Position numbers and translations under genes: made by a program. Source: the human T2T-CHM13v2.0 reference genome, Homo sapiens. Taken from it: DNA of 64,000 bases. Location of the stretch: assembly GCF_009914755.1 (NCBI RefSeq), contig NC_060936.1, one strand, 5' to 3'. This document shows, piece after piece, positions 57,830-64,000 of the stretch. Positions within the stretch are counted from its first letter, which is position 1. The number at the start of each line of letters is the position of its first letter. Under the pieces are notes generated by a model. The model was not told the DNA's origin. It saw only the letters and a list, made by a program, of their open reading frames with translations, and did no database searches.

Positions 57830-60800
57830 TGAAGGCATCAGCGAGAATGTCAGAGTAGGAGACTCCAATAGCCTTACTCTCCACTGAAAAGCAAAAAACA
57901 AAACGAAACAAACAAACAAACAATTCTGGCAAAACTGTCAGAAACAAAGTTACTGAAATTCTGGAAAATGGGATGTCTGTGAAATTCTGGGATGTTATTA
58001 GATCATGGGGCAGATTTCCCCTTTGGTATTGTTTTCGTGAGTTATCAAAGATCTGGTTGTTTAAAATGTGTAGCACCTCCCCCTTCTCTCTCTTCCTCCT
58101 GCTCTGGCCCTGTAAGACGTGCCTGCTTCCCCTTCACCTACTGCCAGTCAAAGGTTTGCAGCAACCAAGAGAATTCTTAATCAAGAGAAAGGGCCACTGT
58201 AACCCAGTGGAAGAGGTTTATAGTATTTTAATTTATTTGTGTCCATCCCCACCATTGCTGGCTTAATGGTGGTCCTGAAGAAAGCACCTTGTTCTACCAG
58301 TGTGGGTCCTGGTACCAGAGGGAGCAGAACAGATTTTGTTCTGAAAAAACTGTGGTTGCCTGTTTTGACCTATCAGGTGGTTTCCTGAAGGACTAACACA
58401 GGGGACTTGCCTTTATTTTGCCTAACTCAGAACTCTCCCAGGGCACAAACATGGCTGCACAGACAGCATCTATATAAATACTTAATAGCAAATCAACCAG
58501 CCACTGCTACGCCCATGAGACAAAGAATATTAGATGGGATAAACAATAAACAAAACAAAAAACTTGAGAAGAAGGCTGGGAAGTGAGATGCTTGGGGGAA
58601 TAAGGGCTTTGAGAAGCTTCCACATATTCCCAGGTATCTAGAAGGTCACACACATGCGCAGAACAGGCCACATGATCAAATGATCTTGAGAAGATCCTAA
58701 AGTCTCACCTTTGGGTGAACTTCAGACTCTGTGAAAGCAGGAAATGAAGTTGAAGGCAGAGTTGTAAACTGCTTAGCTGAGTGTTAAAGGCCTGCCCCAA
58801 CATACACACAGAGCCCAGTTGCAAAGACTGAGAGAGTTTTTGTTTTATCCAGGCATTTAAGGAAATCTTTGTCAAATCACTAGCTGACCATTGAGTTAGT
58901 AGAACAGAGATTTCAGTGACCACAAAGGATAAAAAATACTGTCAGTAAAAAATTAGAAAAGTCACTAAACATACAAGTACAACCCAAGACAAGTAGCAAT
59001 AACAAAAACTTGGGGACAAGAAGAATCGGATTTCCAGTTACTATAATATTTAAAATGCTCAGTTTTAAACAAAAAGATATTAGACTTCCAAAAAAAAATA
59101 ATAAAGTGTGGCCCATTTACAGGGAAAAAAAGAAATGAATGTGAACTGTCCCTGAGGAATCCTAGACACTAGATTTACTAGACAAAGAGATTAAATCAAC
59201 TGTCTTAAATATGTTTAAAGCCATAGACAAAGAACCAAAGGAATATATGAAACCAATGTCTCACCAAATAAAGAAGGCAGAAATGATATAAAGGAAACAA
59301 ATTCTGGAGCTGAAATGTACAAGTATAATACTGAAATAAAAAAATCTCTAGAAGGTTTCTACAGCACTTTTGAGCAGGTAGAAAAAAAGAATAGAAAACA
59401 TATAGATAAATCAATTGAAATTATCCATTCTAAAGAACAGAAACAAAATAAATGAAGATAAATGAACAGAACCTCAGCAACCTTTGGGATATCATTAAGC
59501 ATATCTACCTATCTAGCTATCGGAATCCCAGAAAGAGAGGAGACAGAATAATGGACAAAAGACCAAATAATGGCTCACAGTATTTCTACATTTTGGCTCA
59601 CTTTTCTTATATATTCTTCTTGATAGTTACCCCCTACCTGAACAAATTGAGTCTTCCTTAAAAAAAGACAAAAAAATAAAAAAACTAGCTACTTCCCCAA
59701 ATGCAAATTTAATAAAAGAAATAAATCTACTTATTCAAGAAGCCCAATAAATACCAAGTAAGATAAACTCCAACAGATCTAAACTGACATATTATAATCA
59801 AACCATCAAAAACCAAAGCAAGAATCTTGAAAGAAGCAAGAGAGAAGTAACTCATCAGGTACAAGTGATCATCAATAAGAATAATATCTTATTTAAACTA
59901 TAGAAGACTTAAGACAGTGAAATGACTTATTTAAATTGCTGAAAGAGAAGAACTGTAAATTAAGACCTATATTAAGCAAAGCTATCCTTTAAAGATGAAG
60001 GAGAAATTTAGACATTCACAAATAAACAAAAGGTGAAGGAGTTTTTCACTAACAGACTGGTACTGTAAGAAATGTTAAAGGGAGTTCTTCATATTGAAAC
60101 AAAAACACACTAGACAACAACTTGCAGCTACATGAAGAAATAAAAATCACCAGTAAAGGTAACTACATAGGTGAATATAACAAACAGTATTATTGTAATT
60201 TCAGTTTGTAACTCCTCTTCTTTTTCCTATGTCATTTAGAAGACAAATGCATAAATCAATAATTATAAATTTATGCTAATGGGGACACAATGTGAAAACA
60301 TGGAATTTGTGACAATAACAACACAAACACATGGGAGAGACCTATATTAAAGCAGAGTTTTATATACTATTGAAGCTAAGTGGGTATTAATTCAAACTCG
60401 ATTACTTATAAATGTAAGATACTAACTGTAATTCCAAAAGTAACCTGAAAGAACAAGTGAGAAATGTTCAGAAAAGTAAATGAGAAGGGAACCAAAAGGG
60501 ATTACAAAAGGAAATTAAATTAATAACAAAAATGTAACTAATATGAAAGACAATAATGGAGGAATTAAGGAACAAAAAGGTTATAAGACATCAGAAAACA
60601 AATAGCAAAATGGCATAAGTAAGTTCTTTGTTAGTAGCTACTTTAAGTGTAAATGAATTATACTATCCAATTAAAAGGCAGAGATTAGAAAATGATCCAA
60701 ATATATACTGTCTACATGAGACTCATTTTAGATCCAAAGACACAAATAGGTTGAAAGTTAAAGGATAGAAAAAGATATTTCATGCAAAGAGTAAAAAAAG

Positions 60801-61265
60801 AAAAAGCTGGAGTGGCCACACTAATATCATACAAAATGTACTAAGTCAAAAGTTGTTATAAAAGAAAAAGGGAGGCATTATATATTAATAAAAGGGTCAA
60901 TCCCTCAGGAAGATGTGACAATTAAAAGCATACATGCACCTAACAACTGAGTCCCAAAATATATAAAGCAAATTTGACAGAAATGAAGGCAGAATAAACA
61001 GCTCTACAGTAATCATAGGAGATTTCAATACCCTATTTTCAATAATGGATAAAATAACTATACAGAAGGTCAATAAGAAAATAAATGACTTCAATGATAC
61101 TGTAAGCCAACTAGACCTAATAGAGAAATACAGAACATTCTCTGGAGCTAGATATGGATGATGGATATACAACACTGTGAATATACTAAATGCCAATGAA
61201 TTGTATAATTTAAAATGTTTAAAATGGCACATTTTATGTTATGTATATTTTATCACAATAAAAAA
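57830..61265 (+). mobile_element. Old L1MB/L1MC-type element: 5' UTR, ORF1 and ORF2 EN start joined to a terminal 3' UTR
   Basis: ORF1 KINEQNLSNLWDIIK (59452); ORF2 ATG at ~60610; EN motif ataggagatttcaataccc (GDFNT); L1MB-like end ...ttttatgttatgtatattttatcacaataaaaa. Confidence 0.75.
57988..58146 (+). mobile_element. Internal MST LTR fragment lacking both termini
   Basis: Near-copy of 61352-61521. Confidence 0.85.
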
Positions 61266-61276
61266 CGTTTACCTAT

Positions 61277-61661
61277 TGATATGGTTTGGATCTGTGTCCC
61301 CACGGAAATCTCTGTCAAACTGTAATCCTCAATGTTGGAGGTGGGGCCTGGTGGGATGTCATTTGATCATGGCGCAGATCTCCCCTTTGGTGCTGTTCTC
61401 ATGATAGTGAGTGAGTTATCCCAAGATCTGGTTGTTTCAAATGTGTAGCACCTCCCCCTTCTTTCTCTTCCTCCTGCTCTGGCCCTGTAAGATGTGCCTG
61501 CGTCCCCTTCACCTACTGCCATGATTGTAACTTTCCTGAGGCCTCTCCAGCTATGCTTCCTGTACAGCCTGTGGAACCATGAGACAATTAAACCTCTTTT
61601 CTTTGTAAATTATACAGGCTCAGGTATTTTTTTTATAGCCGTGCAAGAGTGGAGTAATACA
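61277..61661 (+). mobile_element. MST (MaLR) solo LTR
   Basis: tgatatggtttggatctgtgtcccc...gagtaataca; TSD cctat/gctat. Confidence 0.92.
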
Positions 61662-62779
61662 GCTATGGACACTCACAAGGAAACAATGCATTATTAGAAG
61701 GGATTAAAAACTATGATGAAAAAAGAGCACCAAATTATTTAACTTAATAAATCCATCACTTCTACAAACACAAGACAACTGTAGACATCCCAGTTCTGAG
61801 GCAGGAGGGTATAAGATAAAAGAAGCTGCTAAAAATTAGTAGTCCATATGAAAATAAAAACAAAAGCTAAAAAGTGGAAAACCATGAAAAAGTTTTCTGT
61901 GTGAGAAAGAAATGAGATTGGGGTACAAAGGTACTGCTTTTTAAATGAAGAATTCTAAAATGATTTAAAGCTTTAAACTGTGTGAATGCCTAACTTGTTT
62001 TAACATCAACTGATGTTTAATATTAATGCAAACATCAATTAATTAAACACTCCAACCCCTCAAATGTAGTGTAGGAAAAACCATACTCACTTCTTAGGCT
62101 CAGTATTTTCAAAATGATTGGATCACATCCACGTCTTTCTGAATGCATTCAGCTACGGTCACTTAGTTCTGCATTGGTTTTGTGTCTGTCTTAATAGCAA
62201 TCACTCCAAACCTAATAGTCTCAGTCACAGCTCTCAAGTATTTTTCTCTTTTCCCAAATCATTCTCATTTTATTTTGAGAACTATCTCCCTTATAGTAAT
62301 CTAGGTTTATGAGTCATTTTCAAAATCACAAAGTGCTTTATCATTCCACTTTTTGAAAATCTCTAGAATGTAAGTATTTTGGAAAAAATCTTGGTATTTT
62401 CCACCTTGTGAGTCTGCTGATGGGCAGCCAGTAAAGTCAGTGCTGTTGAATTAAAATAGGCAACACAACAAGACAAGGGACATTGGTCATGCAAGTCTTA
62501 TTTCCTGAGGCACAAGACTTTGAAATGAGTCGTACAGGTTTTACGATGATCAACTCTCAGAGGCCAAGGCCCACTAAACTAACTATATACTAAAAAATGA
62601 GCCATTGTAAAGGAATATTTTCTTGTAATTTTAAATTAAACTTTTTGGGGGTGGTCTTTTATAATTTTTAATTTTGGTGGTAATCCTGGAGTTTATTTGC
62701 ACTATTTTTAGTTTTTAACTTTTTTTTTTTATTTTTGAGAGTTATGGGAATGTTAGTGTTTCAACCTGTGATGGTAGAA

Positions 62780-63010
62780 AACACATTTTAAAATAAGACA
62801 GACCTGGGTTTGAATTACAAAGAACTTCTAAGTCATGTAAGCATAGATAAATTAGTGTCTTTTCTTACCTTCGGTTTTCTTCTCTATAAAATGATAATGT
62901 CCAGTTTTCCTTGTTGTCATGAGGATTAGAAATAATACAGATAAAAGAGCAATCACGGTATATGACAAAGAACAGGTGCTCAAATTGGTGGCTTTATATT
63001 TATAGTTAAA
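62780..63010 (+). mobile_element. MIR
   Basis: agacagacctgggtttgaatt...cctcggttttcttctctataaaatgataat...aggtgctcaaa. Confidence 0.7.
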
Positions 63011-64000
63011 GCATAGAAGTATTAAAGTCCTCATGCCTCAATTAGACCAGTTCTTACATTTTACCAGAAAGGAAGCTGAGAATCAAGAAGAGTGATCTGA
63101 CATACATCAATAAGATAAAGCTAGATAATTCCAGAGATTAGTACTGAGGTTTCCTGCTTAAGCAACAATCTCTTCCTTCCCTTGGGCTCTCTTCACTATG
63201 GATGAAGTCTACTATTTAAAGGAAAGTTTAAAATAATTTATTGAACATAGGAGAAAGCATACCTCAGAATATTCGGAAATGTGACTTAGATGCACCTTCT
63301 GAGATTGAAACTTGACCAAAGATGACCCACATTTTCTGAAGACTTTGCCAATGTCTGCTTGTTAGTGACTTGGAAAAAGTAGATACTAAATATGAAAAGT
63401 ACAATTTCTTCTTGCCCTTCATTAAAACAAAATAAAAACATGTTCTTTACTCCAAGACTAAGTCTGACCTGCTATTATATTTGATAAATTAAAGTTCTTC
63501 TAAGATTAAAAAAAATCCCTTTAGCAAATTGTTCCAGCTAACATAGTACCCAGCATACAATAAACATTTAATAAATACTTGTTGGATGAACAAGTGAATG
63601 TGTACGTTCTCATAATGCTAATGAGAAGTAATGATTAAAACAAAAGTATAAATAAGAATGACAGAAACATCAAGCATTCTGATGAGGATCTGGGAGGGGG
63701 GAATCTGCTATGAGAACAGCTTGCTCAGACAGAGAAACACCAAACGACTTCAAAAAAAACCACACTGACTTGAGTTCTGGCATAACTACCTCACTGCAGG
63801 CAACAAAAATTCTGCTTTGCCTTTAATCAATGTAATGAAACTGTGCCTTAACATGCTTCCTTATTTGCATATCTCTTGTAATCCGTGTTGCATACAATAC
63901 AAAAAGATTTATTATAAAGAAATTAATATATCTTGAGAGGCCATCCCCATCAGGCAAAAGACCCATCTGAAGATAAAAATCACACCATTTATAAAAACCT

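Overview
Primate (human-like) genomic DNA, AT-rich and dominated by transposon remnants. I recognise no host protein-coding exon, RNA gene or CpG island. Every recognisable ORF in the track is a fragment of LINE-1 ORF1/ORF2, the mariner transposase or an Alu/LTR read-through. The window holds several nested stacks: L1MA > L1PA6 > AluY-like; L1PA8 > (AluSc + full-length antisense L1PA5); and Tigger3 > HSMAR2 > THE1. It also has MaLR/MLT2 solo LTRs, Alus, MIR, L2, CR1/L3 and MER5. Subfamily names come from recalled consensus diagnostics and need RepeatMasker/Dfam confirmation. I find no new gene system. The unexplained structure is architectural: (1) a ~593-bp PATRR-like element (perfect 57-bp inverted arms around an almost pure A/T core); (2) two nested L1 3' transductions delimited by TSDs; (3) two crossed, locally templated insertions in an old L1; (4) two independent Alus at the same L1 ORF2 site; (5) an internally deleted L1MA with a micro-inversion at the breakpoint.
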